From positions 1 through 31,407 of the IMG/VR virus record IMGVR_UViG_3300008261_000246: 31,407 bases of DNA; one strand, given 5' to 3'. This stretch comes from a virus (Duplodnaviria; Caudoviricetes). A program made the position numbers and the translations under genes. This document shows, piece after piece, positions 1-8,999 of this stretch. Every line of letters starts with the position of its first letter. Within the stretch, counting starts at the first letter, position 1. The notes below the pieces were generated by a model. It searched no databases and was not told where the DNA came from. It worked only from the letters and a program-made list of their open reading frames with translations.

Positions 1-1124
1 GGTTTAGCTGGTTTTGCTGCCGCTAATAGTGGAAGCGTTCTTGGACCGGCTGCTCCGTCAGCTTTGATCTTGTTGTCTTTTTGGAATTGTATAACTGCTT
101 TTCTAGTTTCTGGGCCAAATCTTCCAGCAGGCTCTACTTGATAGTTAAGAGACTTTAATTTCTCTTGCATTTTTTTAACGTCTTCGTTAGGTTCGCCGCG
201 TAGACCCATGCCATAACCTAATACACCCTTGTTCCATTGTTTTGGCGCATCAGCTTTAGCACTGGTATCAACTTGCTGACCTTTGTCATCTTTGCCAGAA
301 GGCGGTGTTGCATCATCTTTTTTACCACCTGTTGTTGTTGCTGGCGGTGTTGCATCATCTTTTTTACCACCTGTTTGTGCTGGTGGTGTTGCATCATCTT
401 TTTTACCACCTGTTGTTGTTGCTGGCGGTGTTGCATCATCTTTTTTACCACCTGTTGTTGCTGGTGGTGTTTCTGCTGGCTTCTCAGCTGGCACTTCTTT
501 AGCTGCCATAACACGGTCTTTTAAACCTGGGACTTTGTTAACTTCTAATGCAATTTGCTGTTGAAGTTTCTCATCTTTTATTTGATAAATGAGACTTGGA
601 TCTGATTTAATTCTAGCTATATATTCCCTCATTCTTCGAGCATCAGGACTATCTCCTGTAACAAGATCGCGAGCCCTTGACGTAGGATCTTTTTTCTTTC
701 TAATAGAATCAGTCCAATCACCAGCTTCTTCTAGTGGCTCACCTGGTCTACCAATACTTTGTTTATTTTGTACTCCAACAGGCGTTGCTTTTTCTGCACT
801 TGTTGGAACACCTTGCATACCCATATTTGGTTGAGCTTGTTTGTTCTGCATGGCCATAGCTTGCAATGCTTTAGACATGGCTGCAATATCAGCTTTAGGA
901 TCTTGTACAGCCTGCGGTGTAGGTGCTCGTTGACCGTATGGAACTGCTGGAGCAACCATAGTTGGTTTAGGACCTAAACTTGGTTGTGCGCCAGGGATAC
1001 CTTTATCTTGAACGTCTTGTGGGGCAACAGGTTGTGGCTCTTTGGCAGGATCGCCTGACACTTGAATCTTTGTTGCATCAGCTTCAAGGACACCCAAACG
1101 ATCATAAAGGTCTCTAAAATTCAT
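1..1124 (-). CDS. Partial (3'-truncated) Pro/Ala/Thr-rich protein with a peptidoglycan-binding (PG_binding_1-like) domain; possible internal virion protein
   Basis: Missing from the ORF track because it has no stop in the window. Manual translation from ATG 1124 is open to the window edge: MNFRDLYDRLGVLEADATK...GVLGYGMGLRGEPNEDVKKMQEKLKSLNYQVEPAGRFGPETRKAVIQFQKDNKIKADGAAGPRTL. This fits the PGBD pattern (V..LQ..L...GY....G.FGP.T..AV..FQ.......DG..GP.T). The ATG lies 2 nt after the stop of 1127..1708. Confidence 0.85.
   Translation of the reverse strand, partial: MNFRDLYDRLGVLEADATKIQVSGDPAKEPQPVAPQDVQDKGIPGAQPSLGPKPTMVAPAVPYGQRAPTPQAVQDPKADIAAMSKALQAMAMQNKQAQPNMGMQGVPTSAEKATPVGVQNKQSIGRPGEPLEEAGDWTDSIRKKKDPTSRARDLVTGDSPDARRMREYIARIKSDPSLIYQIKDEKLQQQIALEVNKVPGLKDRVMAAKEVPAEKPAETPPATTGGKKDDATPPATTTGGKKDDATPPAQTGGKKDDATPPATTTGGKKDDATPPSGKDDKGQQVDTSAKADAPKQWNKGVLGYGMGLRGEPNEDVKKMQEKLKSLNYQVEPAGRFGPETRKAVIQFQKDNKIKADGAAGPRTLPLLAAAKPAK
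301..470. repeat. Coding tandem repeat, 4 units of 42/39/42/39 bp plus a partial unit, encoding TPPA(T/Q)T(T)GGKKDDA
   Basis: Units ggYggtgttgcatcatcttttttaccacctgtt...gct start at 301, 343, 382 and 424, with a partial unit at 463. All lengths are multiples of 3. Confidence 0.95.
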
Positions 1125-1126
1125 AA

Positions 1127-1708
1127 TTATTTCTTCCCACTAATTGGACTTGTGCTAGCACCTTCAGCATACTCTGGAGAACTTTTTGTTCCTTCTGTAG
1201 GATTCTTTTCTCCACGTTCCTTGGCACGTTGCTTACTTTCTTTGGCTAACTCTTTTAATAAGTTTTGATTAAACTTGGTACCAAAGTAGTCATCAGTTTT
1301 AATCTTGTCAGCTTCTTTATAGTTAGGATCATCTAACAATGCACCTTTGCGTTTTTCAACTGGTTGTTGATATTGCTCAGTTGGCTCTGCTGGATTTCTA
1401 ACCACCACTTGATTTGAGTGCAATCGAGCACCGCCACAAATGTATTCTTTTAATTCAAACGGTGTTGTTGGATAGTTTAAAGAAATGTCATATATGTTCA
1501 CGTTGACATTTTTTAATGTAGGAAAGTCTAGTGGCAGACTTTGAATTGGGGTAGTACTGTTTTTAGCAAAGTTGTCAATACCAAACTTTTCTAATAAAGT
1601 CTTAATTACTTGTTCTTGGTCTTCTGAGACGTCACCAGCAATTTTTACCTTGAATTGGTATTTTCGTTGTTTAAACGATTCAGTAATGTAATCTTTTAAA
1701 GTTTTCAT
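1127..1708 (-). CDS. Conserved phage hypothetical protein, possibly an internal head protein
   Basis: 193 aa ORF in the late cluster, preceded by GATAAATA. The N-terminus MKTLKDYITE resembles the T4 capsid targeting sequence. Confidence 0.7.
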   Translation of the reverse strand: MKTLKDYITESFKQRKYQFKVKIAGDVSEDQEQVIKTLLEKFGIDNFAKNSTTPIQSLPLDFPTLKNVNVNIYDISLNYPTTPFELKEYICGGARLHSNQVVVRNPAEPTEQYQQPVEKRKGALLDDPNYKEADKIKTDDYFGTKFNQNLLKELAKESKQRAKERGEKNPTEGTKSSPEYAEGASTSPISGKK

Positions 1709-1727
1709 GTGTCAATGGCCCTTTAAT

Positions 1728-2219
1728 TTATTTATCTATGTTTTTTAACTTTTGCAATAGACTATTGCGATCTGAAACAATAAAGGCCTTGCCCTCAACT
1801 ACCCCTGGATCGTCCATACCATTCATTTTTTGGTCTAATGCTTGCTTTTTAAGCTGTAATTCAATCATTTTGAGTTTTTTGTCTATTTTAGCACTTTTAG
1901 CGTCAATAGCGTTTTTTAGCATACTGCTAGCAACTTCAAATATCCTAGGGCCGTAACGTGCTTCCACGTTCATGCCTAAATCCATCAAATCGTCGTAGGC
2001 TTCAGTGGCTCTATTGGCTAGTGAATCCAGTTCACTGTCACTCATGTCGCCCAAGCCTTTAACTTGTGGCAGTGCTGAACTAATTTTATCAAATTCTTCA
2101 ATGGTGCGTAGTCTTTCCTCAGCAGGCTCTTCCACACTCTTTGGGTCAATTATCTCTGCCGCAATTTTTTTATTTTCAGCAGGCGGCAAATCTAGTAATT
2201 CTTCTAATTTCTTGGTCAT
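1728..2219 (-). CDS. Putative terminase small subunit (T4 gp16-like)
   Basis: 163 aa helical protein with PRIFEVASSMLKN followed by a coiled coil and a C-terminal FIVSDRNSLLQKLK, similar to the gp16 PR.FEV...L motif and C-terminal strand. Head-gene context. Confidence 0.6.
   Translation of the reverse strand: MTKKLEELLDLPPAENKKIAAEIIDPKSVEEPAEERLRTIEEFDKISSALPQVKGLGDMSDSELDSLANRATEAYDDLMDLGMNVEARYGPRIFEVASSMLKNAIDAKSAKIDKKLKMIELQLKKQALDQKMNGMDDPGVVEGKAFIVSDRNSLLQKLKNIDK
1729..1736 (-). promoter_or_regulatory. Putative late promoter (GATAAATA)
   Basis: TAAATA core like the T4 late promoter TATAAATA, about 20 nt upstream of ATG 1708. The same core recurs before other structural genes. Confidence 0.5.
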
Positions 2220-2656
2220 TTCTTCTTTCCGTTATGAAAAATGTCTTCCTCATTAATTATCCTGAAGACAATACCATTCTGCTTACACCAGGCCCCAGCT
2301 GCCGCCCACTTGGCCTGATTTTTAACGTACTGTGCTTGATTGTAGGCATTTTTACCCACCTTCTCTGCTATCATTTGATTAGCAGGTTTTATTTCAACTA
2401 GTTCAGTTCTTCGTTTGCCACGCTTGTCATCATACTGTATTAAGAAGTCTGGCACATACACTGTTTGTTTTTGTGTCAACGGACATCTGTAGGGAATTTT
2501 AACTCCCTCACTAGCCCAGTTAGTAATGTTAGGGTGATTGTCACACATGTGCATGAAATGCCATTCCCAACTACTTCTATAAGTTGGTTCTTTTAATCCC
2601 ACATACTTGTCAGGATTTTTTAAAAGAAATTTTCCTTTAGCAAACTTTAAACTCAT
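2216..2656 (-). CDS. gp4: Head completion protein (T4 gp4-like, TnsA-like nuclease fold)
   Basis: KGKF..KNPDKYVG...TYRSSWE..FM..CD..P.I..WASE...IPY...Y.PDF...VEIKP...N.AKW.AA..WC...G..F.I..E matches the gp4 family. Confidence 0.88.
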   Translation of the reverse strand: MSLKFAKGKFLLKNPDKYVGLKEPTYRSSWEWHFMHMCDNHPNITNWASEGVKIPYRCPLTQKQTVYVPDFLIQYDDKRGKRRTELVEIKPANQMIAEKVGKNAYNQAQYVKNQAKWAAAGAWCKQNGIVFRIINEEDIFHNGKKK

Positions 2657-3027
2657 GCTCTTATATTACGTTCAATAGTTTCCAAAGAGTTAATTTTTTT
2701 AATTAACCCAAGACTGCTAGTTTTTACTCTATTGTAATTTAATATGCTCAATAGAAATTCATTTAGCTGTAATGAGTTGTAGCTGTTCAGTGCGTCAATA
2801 ATTTCTTGAGCTTTGTAATTACTTTGTTTGGCTGTTTTTAAAATGACGTAGGTAATATTTTGAGCACTGGACTTGTCAAAGCCTTTGCTTTCAAAAAAGC
2901 CACTTAGCATGTCAATACTTTGTACGTCTAAGTCAATTGGTGCTGTATAGTATCCGTCAAAATATTGAACAACTTTTTGTAAACTGTTTAGTTCTTTAGT
3001 TGGTAAGTTTGAATATACGTTTGCCAT
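2653..3027 (-). CDS. Hypothetical phage protein
   Basis: 124 aa ORF tightly coupled to its neighbours (ATGA overlap with gp4; 1 nt after the upstream stop). Confidence 0.75.
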   Translation of the reverse strand: MANVYSNLPTKELNSLQKVVQYFDGYYTAPIDLDVQSIDMLSGFFESKGFDKSSAQNITYVILKTAKQSNYKAQEIIDALNSYNSLQLNEFLLSILNYNRVKTSSLGLIKKINSLETIERNIRA

Positions 3028-3028
3028 A

Positions 3029-4537
3029 TTAATTTCCGTAAGCAGCCAAATTGGTTGCTGATGTTTGTAATCTTTCTAAGAACACTTGATATGCGTAACC
3101 TTTTTTAGCGGCTGCAATTTGATCAGTACTGCCATAGACACTGTAAGGCACAGTAGGATTACTTATTGCTGAATTTGCTTTGTTGTATAAAGAAATCTGA
3201 TCATTTTCAGATAGATTGTTATATGCTTGCCTATTGAACGGACTTAATGCTAAAAAGTTATTAAGTGCAGAATCAACATCTGCATTATTTACTTTTACTG
3301 GTTTACCATCAGGTGTTGTATAAGGATCGCTATATGTTGTTTGAGTAGTTGTAGTTGTGTTAGCTTGTGCAACAGTTGACTGTGCTACTGTTCTTGGCTG
3401 TGCCACTGTTGTATTATTAGTCACATTGTTGCTAGGTATTACAAGACCAACTACTGATCCTGTTGCAGTGTCAGTAATGCCAAACCCTGCAGAATTCAGT
3501 GTAGCATTTAACACTTCTTGTTCAGCTAGTGATGTATTTAAATTAGATGCATTGCCTATTAGTCTTGCAGACTTGAGCAATATGGCTAGTGCAGTTCTTT
3601 GATCAACTGGTTGCCCGTTGTCGATGCCTTGTAAATCTTGGAACAATGTAGTTCCGTCTGCAATTAAACCAAATGGACCAAATAGTGATCCGTCAGTTCT
3701 TCCAAACAAGCCACCAATAGGACTTGGGTCTAAGTCGTAGTGTAAGTCAGTCCAACCATCTGGATTAAATCGTGTAACACGACCTTTACCAAAATATATA
3801 CCTTCGTATTCAAGAGTAACGTTGTGTTCCATTAAATCTTTTTTATCACTAGCCACAGTGTCCATGTTCCAAGCTCTAATTTTTGGATTGATCAAGGTGT
3901 GCATGAAAAAATTCTTACGACTTAATTGATATATTTCAATAGAGCGTATTAATGGTTTTACAGGATCACTGTCTAGACCAAAACGTGCAGGATCTGTTGT
4001 ATCTGAATAATTGCCGGCGCTTGGATTTGAGCGAGCAATTTGTTGTTCATTTGGGCGCAATGTTGGGCGTATGTATCTATTAATATAGTCAACTGTGCCT
4101 GCACCAGGCGCTGGATTAGCTCCGCCTGCATAACTATCTGCAGAATAATATTGATAATATAACTGCCAAAAACTTCTTACTAGTCCTGCATTGTCATCAT
4201 GCAAAACCATATTAACTGGTTGATACTGTAGTTTAGTATATACAGGCTGTTTTTTATTGTAGACGTTAACTGTGCCGCCTTCAAATGTTACTTTGGGTAA
4301 ATCACATTTTTTAACTAACATGCCTAATTCTAAATCTTGACGGCTTGTTCTCCAAGCTTCAGCATTGGCAACTTCTGGATTAAGTCTAAATCGAACAAAA
4401 TACAAAAATCCATGCTTAGGGGCCAATCTATAAAAGTTTTGAACAAACAGCCTGCTGGCATGTTTGGCATCTTTTAAATTGGTATTCGCCAAGTCACCAG
4501 AGGCATTGTTTAAGAAATTTGTGAATATATTAGCCAT
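3029..4537 (-). CDS. Tail tube-fold baseplate protein (gp54/gp48-like tube initiator) with a long C-terminal extension
   Basis: LVKKCDLPKVTF...VNVYNKK..V..K..YQPVNMVLHDD...FW is paralogous to the tube protein (VARPNVQF...YNSK...WQPIQMTVRDD). Start reassigned to ATG 4537 because the ORF-track start 4591 reads through a terminator and a TAAATA promoter. Confidence 0.7.
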   Translation of the reverse strand: MANIFTNFLNNASGDLANTNLKDAKHASRLFVQNFYRLAPKHGFLYFVRFRLNPEVANAEAWRTSRQDLELGMLVKKCDLPKVTFEGGTVNVYNKKQPVYTKLQYQPVNMVLHDDNAGLVRSFWQLYYQYYSADSYAGGANPAPGAGTVDYINRYIRPTLRPNEQQIARSNPSAGNYSDTTDPARFGLDSDPVKPLIRSIEIYQLSRKNFFMHTLINPKIRAWNMDTVASDKKDLMEHNVTLEYEGIYFGKGRVTRFNPDGWTDLHYDLDPSPIGGLFGRTDGSLFGPFGLIADGTTLFQDLQGIDNGQPVDQRTALAILLKSARLIGNASNLNTSLAEQEVLNATLNSAGFGITDTATGSVVGLVIPSNNVTNNTTVAQPRTVAQSTVAQANTTTTTQTTYSDPYTTPDGKPVKVNNADVDSALNNFLALSPFNRQAYNNLSENDQISLYNKANSAISNPTVPYSVYGSTDQIAAAKKGYAYQVFLERLQTSATNLAAYGN

Positions 4538-4542
4538 AACAA

Positions 4543-4550
4543 TATTTAGT
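4543..4550 (-). promoter_or_regulatory. Putative late promoter (ACTAAATA), 5 nt before the ATG
   Basis: The minus strand reads ACTAAATA-ttgtt-ATG, immediately downstream of a terminator. Confidence 0.6.
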
Positions 4551-4555
4551 ATGAT

Positions 4556-4583
4556 AAAAAAGCCTGGAAAAATCCAGGCTTTT
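4556..4583 (-). terminator. Rho-independent terminator after the sheath-tube operon (possibly bidirectional)
   Basis: Perfect stem AGCCTGGA/TCCAGGCT with a 4-nt loop, followed on the minus strand by TTTTT. It lies about 20 nt downstream of the tube stop. Confidence 0.85.
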
Positions 4584-4603
4584 CGATTCACTCCCTAATT
4601 TTA

Positions 4604-5230
4604 TTAGCCAGTTAAAGTTTGACGTAAAGCTCTGCCAACAAACGTACCAATACCGTTAGGATTTCCTGCGCCATTTAATTGTAACGCATTGTCATACTGT
4701 ACTGACATTGTGATGTCAACTGGACCACTTTCTGCGTAAGTTAGTTCGTTATAGTTAATGTCTGTTAAAAAACAGCCATAAAGTTCAAACGTTTCTAACA
4801 CATTTGGATCTTGTGCTCCATTACCGCCGTCTAGTAATTCAACACGCATTGTGAACTTATAATCGCTGCCTGAAGCCGCGCTCACTTGCTCTAACATGTC
4901 AAATTGCTTCTGCACTTGCTCACCTACTAATCTTGAAACTTGACCGTTCACATCGTCACGCACAGTCATTTGGATAGGTTGCCATGTGTGCTTACCAGCA
5001 TAGAAAATCTTGCTGTTGTAAACGTCAATGGTTTGACTATCAAACTGTACGTTTGGACGAGCAACTGTCATAACCTGTTTGGTCAGTTCAGTTGTTGGTT
5101 TTGTAACGCCAAAGTTATCTAAAAGTACACGGAATCGGTACTTGAGCTTAGGCATTAGTAAGCCTTGGCTAGTTGCGCTTTGGCCCCCTGGAACGGGTAC
5201 TGAAAATCTACTTAAACTTGAAATTGCCAT
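4604..5230 (-). CDS. gp19: Tail tube protein (T4 gp19-like)
   Basis: 208 aa, directly downstream of the sheath. Motifs PKLKYRFRV, YAGKHTWQPI.MTVRDD, ETFELYGCF...Y..L.Y, ITMSVQYDNA. AGGAG SD present. Confidence 0.9.
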   Translation of the reverse strand: MAISSLSRFSVPVPGGQSATSQGLLMPKLKYRFRVLLDNFGVTKPTTELTKQVMTVARPNVQFDSQTIDVYNSKIFYAGKHTWQPIQMTVRDDVNGQVSRLVGEQVQKQFDMLEQVSAASGSDYKFTMRVELLDGGNGAQDPNVLETFELYGCFLTDINYNELTYAESGPVDITMSVQYDNALQLNGAGNPNGIGTFVGRALRQTLTG

Positions 5231-5243
5231 TTATAGCTCCTTA

Positions 5244-8200
5244 TTATTGACGTGACTTAATATCACCCACATTCTTCAATCTCAAAGGAATGTAAATGAA
5301 TTCAACTGCCTTAACTGGTTCAACAGCAATGTCTACATAAAGTTGATTGTTGCTAATAACATTTGGTGTGTTATTAGTTTCGTCACAAACAACAATAAAG
5401 TCATAGACGCCACGCAAGCTGACTAAGTCTAACATTAGGCTTTCGCACACATTCTTAATCTCACTACGTGTCTGTTTGTCATTTGGTTCAAACAAGAATG
5501 GCTTAGTAATAATACCTAATTGTCTACGTAGGTAGCTGACTAAACGTGCCACGTTAATTCTGTCTAAACTACTATTAACTCCAGTCTTTGTATATTGTCC
5601 AAATGCAACTAGACCTGCTCCAGGAATATTTGTAATTGGGTTAATCTTAACCTGTGCCATTTGGTCACGGGTGCCTTGATTTAAACTAACTGGTATAAAG
5701 CTACCGTCTTTTAAGTAACCAACACTAGTTGCGTTAGTAACACCACCACGACGTGTACCAGCTGGAGCAAACCATTGGAAGCTACGTTGATCGCTAATTG
5801 CGATTGTACGCAACATCATGTGACTTGCTGGAACTACAACGTTGCTACCACTTAGGTCAGTTGTTAATCCGCTTGGATAGTAAACTGCTAAATGATCGCT
5901 GTTTGTGTGTAATCCTTGTTCACCATCAATACCACTGTTAAAATAGTCAGTTCCATAGTTAACAATACTGTTAGCATCACTTGGTAAACGAATTGGTGTA
6001 TCACCAACTACAAGTGCTGTACCATTACGTGAATTGTTTAAGTTCACCATGTCACTAATTAGTTCTGGATATCCTGGGCAAGCAATTAGGTTGAAGAAAA
6101 TATTGTCTTCATCTAAAATACGTTGATTTGTATTGATAGCAACTTTTAGTTGACCAACAACGTATGCTCTTTGTGCCTTACGACCAAAATATGAAACTTG
6201 GTTCAAATCTTGACCACTTACACTTACCCAACGATCAGCAAAATAAGCAGTCATTGGCTCATCGCTTTGACGTGGATTAGTTGCACTAGTGTCAACATAA
6301 CCTACTTTGTATTGCTTGATGTTAAAACCACTTCTGCGTGTGTTCCACAATAACATACCACGTGGATATGCTGTTGGATCTGGAGCATCAAAGTCAACAT
6401 AATTACTTGCTAATAATTCAACAATTGATCCTGCTGTAGTACTATCGCCACTTGCACCCCAACGTGCATCAGAGTAGATAATACCAAATTGACTTGTGTG
6501 ATCAGTTGTAGTAACTGCGTCCCATGTCTTGCTACGATCATTCCAACGTTTGATATTTTGACCATACATGTCTTGGTCGCTAGTATCAACCCATAAGTCG
6601 TTTTCAACTAGTGCAGTTCCGTCAGTTTGTCTTGTTGGCTTAGTTGCCTGTACAAATGGACCTGTTGCGTTTGTTGTAGGATATGCTTGTAAGTAACCAA
6701 CCCAAGATGTGCCATTATGTGCCATAATGTCCACTTGATTTTGATAGCCTGCATACCATAATGTGCCATCTGCTGGAACATCTGTTGGTTGTGTAGTAGA
6801 CACTGTGTAACCATCAGTTGATAATGGCTTCCAGTTACTAACTCTAAACTCATATGTTGTTCCACTTGGACCTGCATATAAATCAGTTTCATCACCGGAG
6901 AATACATCGCCCCATGTTGTACCACTTAGCATGATTTCACCACCACTTGCGTGAGTTAATGTGAAACTTCTTGTAGTAGCATTATATGTTGCAGTAACTT
7001 TGGTTAAGGCAGATGCTTGGATCAACGCTACAAAATCAGCGGCTGAAATCGTGCCACCTGTTGCAATGGATACTGCGTTAACTGTTGCATTACCAGTTGT
7101 TGTTTCTGCTATGATTACTGTTTCGTTAGTTGTTACAAAATTAGCATCTAATGTTGTTGTAACGCTAGTTGCTCCTGTTCCTGCTCTATACATGATTCTA
7201 AAGTTAGCATCAGTATTTTGTTCAAAGTTTGCATTAACAAACAATGAATTTACAGGAATATTTGCGCCACCACCTAGTGGGTCTAATTTTGCCAACGCTT
7301 CTGCTGTACCAACATAAACTGGTGCAGATTTGGTTTCATAAATTCTTGTATCGCCATTGAAACGTTTAACTACCCATTTAGCACCTAAGTTGAATTCTGT
7401 AGTTTTGATCCACAAACTTCCACTTGGTCTGCCACTTGGGTATGTGCTTACTACGTCATCTTCGTTCCAGAAAGGAACCTTAGTGTGATCACTAAATTGA
7501 ACTGATGGTGCGTTATAAGTACCAACTTCAATTCCTAGTGGGCTAGTTGCTATTGCGGCATCTGAAGATCCTGCTGGAGCAAGCAATGTTGTACCAGATA
7601 CTGGGTCTTCTAACTTAATGTATACATCAAGTTGTGCAATAAATTCTAATTTGTCGTTTTTCACTCTTACAGCAACACTTGATGGTAATAGAGCATTTAG
7701 TTGAGTTGCAATCTCTGTTGGGCTTGCTTCAACTCCTTGATTACTACCACTAGCACCGCCATCAACTGTGTAATTAATTACACTTGGGCTTCCAGATCTA
7801 TCATAGTTACCAACTGTAATTTTCATACCTAAGTTACTAGTAGAAACTGCAATTGCTGATGGATTTGGTGTAATGTTACCATTGAAAATAGTACCGCCGC
7901 CACTCATGCTGGCTAAACTAATTGTTAAATCGTTTGTTGGGCTAGTACCGCCTAAACTTGTACCTGGGATAGTTAACACGTTACCAGTTACATAGTTCAC
8001 ACCAGTTCCCGAACTACCTGAGCCAGCGCCGCCACTACCTGCAACCACTGTTACGCTGGTATACTGTGTGCCGTTTCGTGTAACGTTGAATGTTGCGCCA
8101 GTACCGTCTCCGCCCGTAGCACTAACACTTGTGTATGTAATTGCGCTTACATCAACGTTAGTGAATGCTTTAGAAGTGACTGTTGGCCAACTTGCTTTCC

Positions 8201-8915
8201 AATCGCCAGCAGTAAAACTTGTGCCAGAGAATGTTGTACCATCTTCGCTGCCTACTTTAACCCATGCGCTATCTTCGTTCTTAAACCATAATACGTTTTT
8301 GTCATTAGGGTTTGCTTCAACACTATAAGTTACAATAGCGTAATCGCCTGCAACTCCAATGCTTGCTTTTGGTTGATAAGCTGTTCCACCACTTGTTCCA
8401 ACTACATCGTTAGCTGAATTTAAAACTAAAGTAGGTTTGTTAACAAATGACTGTGAGTCTTTGTTCCATTCAAAAATACCAAAGCGTGATGACGCTGTGT
8501 CAAACCAATAGCTATCTGCTGCCGGATTACCAACTGGTGCAGATGATCTGCTAGTTAGTGCTCCTAAATCAACAGGTGCTCTTAAAATGTATGCGCTGTT
8601 ACTTGCACCTAAATAACTGTAGGTTGCAAATAAACCGTATTCGTTTAATTCACTTCCTTGTATAGCGTTTCCGCTGTTATCTTTCTGGAATACTGGCACA
8701 CCAAATCTATCAGTTAAATCCTTTTGGCTAGTTGCCAAATATAAACTGTTAGCGTTTGCGGCTTGAGTTCCAGGAGCAATTCCTGTACCAGATGCATTTG
8801 ATTTATCCTGTGCAGTTGCCAAAACAATCAACGGGATTGTTCCTGGTTGCGCTGGATTATAAAAACTTTCATCAATGACGTTAACTTGTACGCCAGGTGA
8901 TCCTAATTGTGCCAT
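5244..8915 (-). CDS. gp18: Contractile tail sheath protein (T4 gp18-like), 1223 aa with large insertions
   Basis: N-terminal SPGVQVNVIDES. C-terminal sheath motifs WFAPAG.RRG, INPI...PG.G....G..T, LDRINVARL, FLFEPND..TR, VVCDETNNTP..I..N.L.VDI.V.P.KA.EFIYI. AGGAGA SD present. Confidence 0.96.
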   Translation of the reverse strand: MAQLGSPGVQVNVIDESFYNPAQPGTIPLIVLATAQDKSNASGTGIAPGTQAANANSLYLATSQKDLTDRFGVPVFQKDNSGNAIQGSELNEYGLFATYSYLGASNSAYILRAPVDLGALTSRSSAPVGNPAADSYWFDTASSRFGIFEWNKDSQSFVNKPTLVLNSANDVVGTSGGTAYQPKASIGVAGDYAIVTYSVEANPNDKNVLWFKNEDSAWVKVGSEDGTTFSGTSFTAGDWKASWPTVTSKAFTNVDVSAITYTSVSATGGDGTGATFNVTRNGTQYTSVTVVAGSGGAGSGSSGTGVNYVTGNVLTIPGTSLGGTSPTNDLTISLASMSGGGTIFNGNITPNPSAIAVSTSNLGMKITVGNYDRSGSPSVINYTVDGGASGSNQGVEASPTEIATQLNALLPSSVAVRVKNDKLEFIAQLDVYIKLEDPVSGTTLLAPAGSSDAAIATSPLGIEVGTYNAPSVQFSDHTKVPFWNEDDVVSTYPSGRPSGSLWIKTTEFNLGAKWVVKRFNGDTRIYETKSAPVYVGTAEALAKLDPLGGGANIPVNSLFVNANFEQNTDANFRIMYRAGTGATSVTTTLDANFVTTNETVIIAETTTGNATVNAVSIATGGTISAADFVALIQASALTKVTATYNATTRSFTLTHASGGEIMLSGTTWGDVFSGDETDLYAGPSGTTYEFRVSNWKPLSTDGYTVSTTQPTDVPADGTLWYAGYQNQVDIMAHNGTSWVGYLQAYPTTNATGPFVQATKPTRQTDGTALVENDLWVDTSDQDMYGQNIKRWNDRSKTWDAVTTTDHTSQFGIIYSDARWGASGDSTTAGSIVELLASNYVDFDAPDPTAYPRGMLLWNTRRSGFNIKQYKVGYVDTSATNPRQSDEPMTAYFADRWVSVSGQDLNQVSYFGRKAQRAYVVGQLKVAINTNQRILDEDNIFFNLIACPGYPELISDMVNLNNSRNGTALVVGDTPIRLPSDANSIVNYGTDYFNSGIDGEQGLHTNSDHLAVYYPSGLTTDLSGSNVVVPASHMMLRTIAISDQRSFQWFAPAGTRRGGVTNATSVGYLKDGSFIPVSLNQGTRDQMAQVKINPITNIPGAGLVAFGQYTKTGVNSSLDRINVARLVSYLRRQLGIITKPFLFEPNDKQTRSEIKNVCESLMLDLVSLRGVYDFIVVCDETNNTPNVISNNQLYVDIAVEPVKAVEFIYIPLRLKNVGDIKSRQ

Positions 8916-8950
8916 GTCCTAATCTCCTTAGTGGGATCCTTGTTCCATAA

Positions 8951-8958
8951 TATTTAGT
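8951..8958 (-). promoter_or_regulatory. Putative late promoter (ACTAAATA) for the sheath-tube operon
   Basis: TAAATA core about 35 nt upstream of the sheath ATG, with an SD in between. Confidence 0.6.
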
Positions 8959-8999
8959 GATATTTTTAATAATTCGCTGGTTATACAAGGGCAAAAAGG

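Noticed and set aside
301-470. Possible CRISPR array
   Set aside because: The repeats abut with no unique spacers and are in-frame coding.
218-564. Cys-, His- and Gln-rich ORFs (CCCCWRCC, HHLFYH, QQQQ) that look like RiPP precursors or metallothioneins
   Set aside because: They are alternative-frame and antisense readings of the 301-470 repeat. The real frame is the long minus-strand ORF from 1124.
2216-2656. Tn7 TnsA transposase / mobile element
   Set aside because: It has the same fold, but the sequence and context match gp4 head completion protein. No tnsB/C genes or transposon ends are present.
3029-8915. Bacterial contractile injection system (eCIS/tailocin)
   Set aside because: Head-related genes (gp4, gp13, gp14, gp16-like), the dNMP kinase and phage late promoters indicate a true phage.
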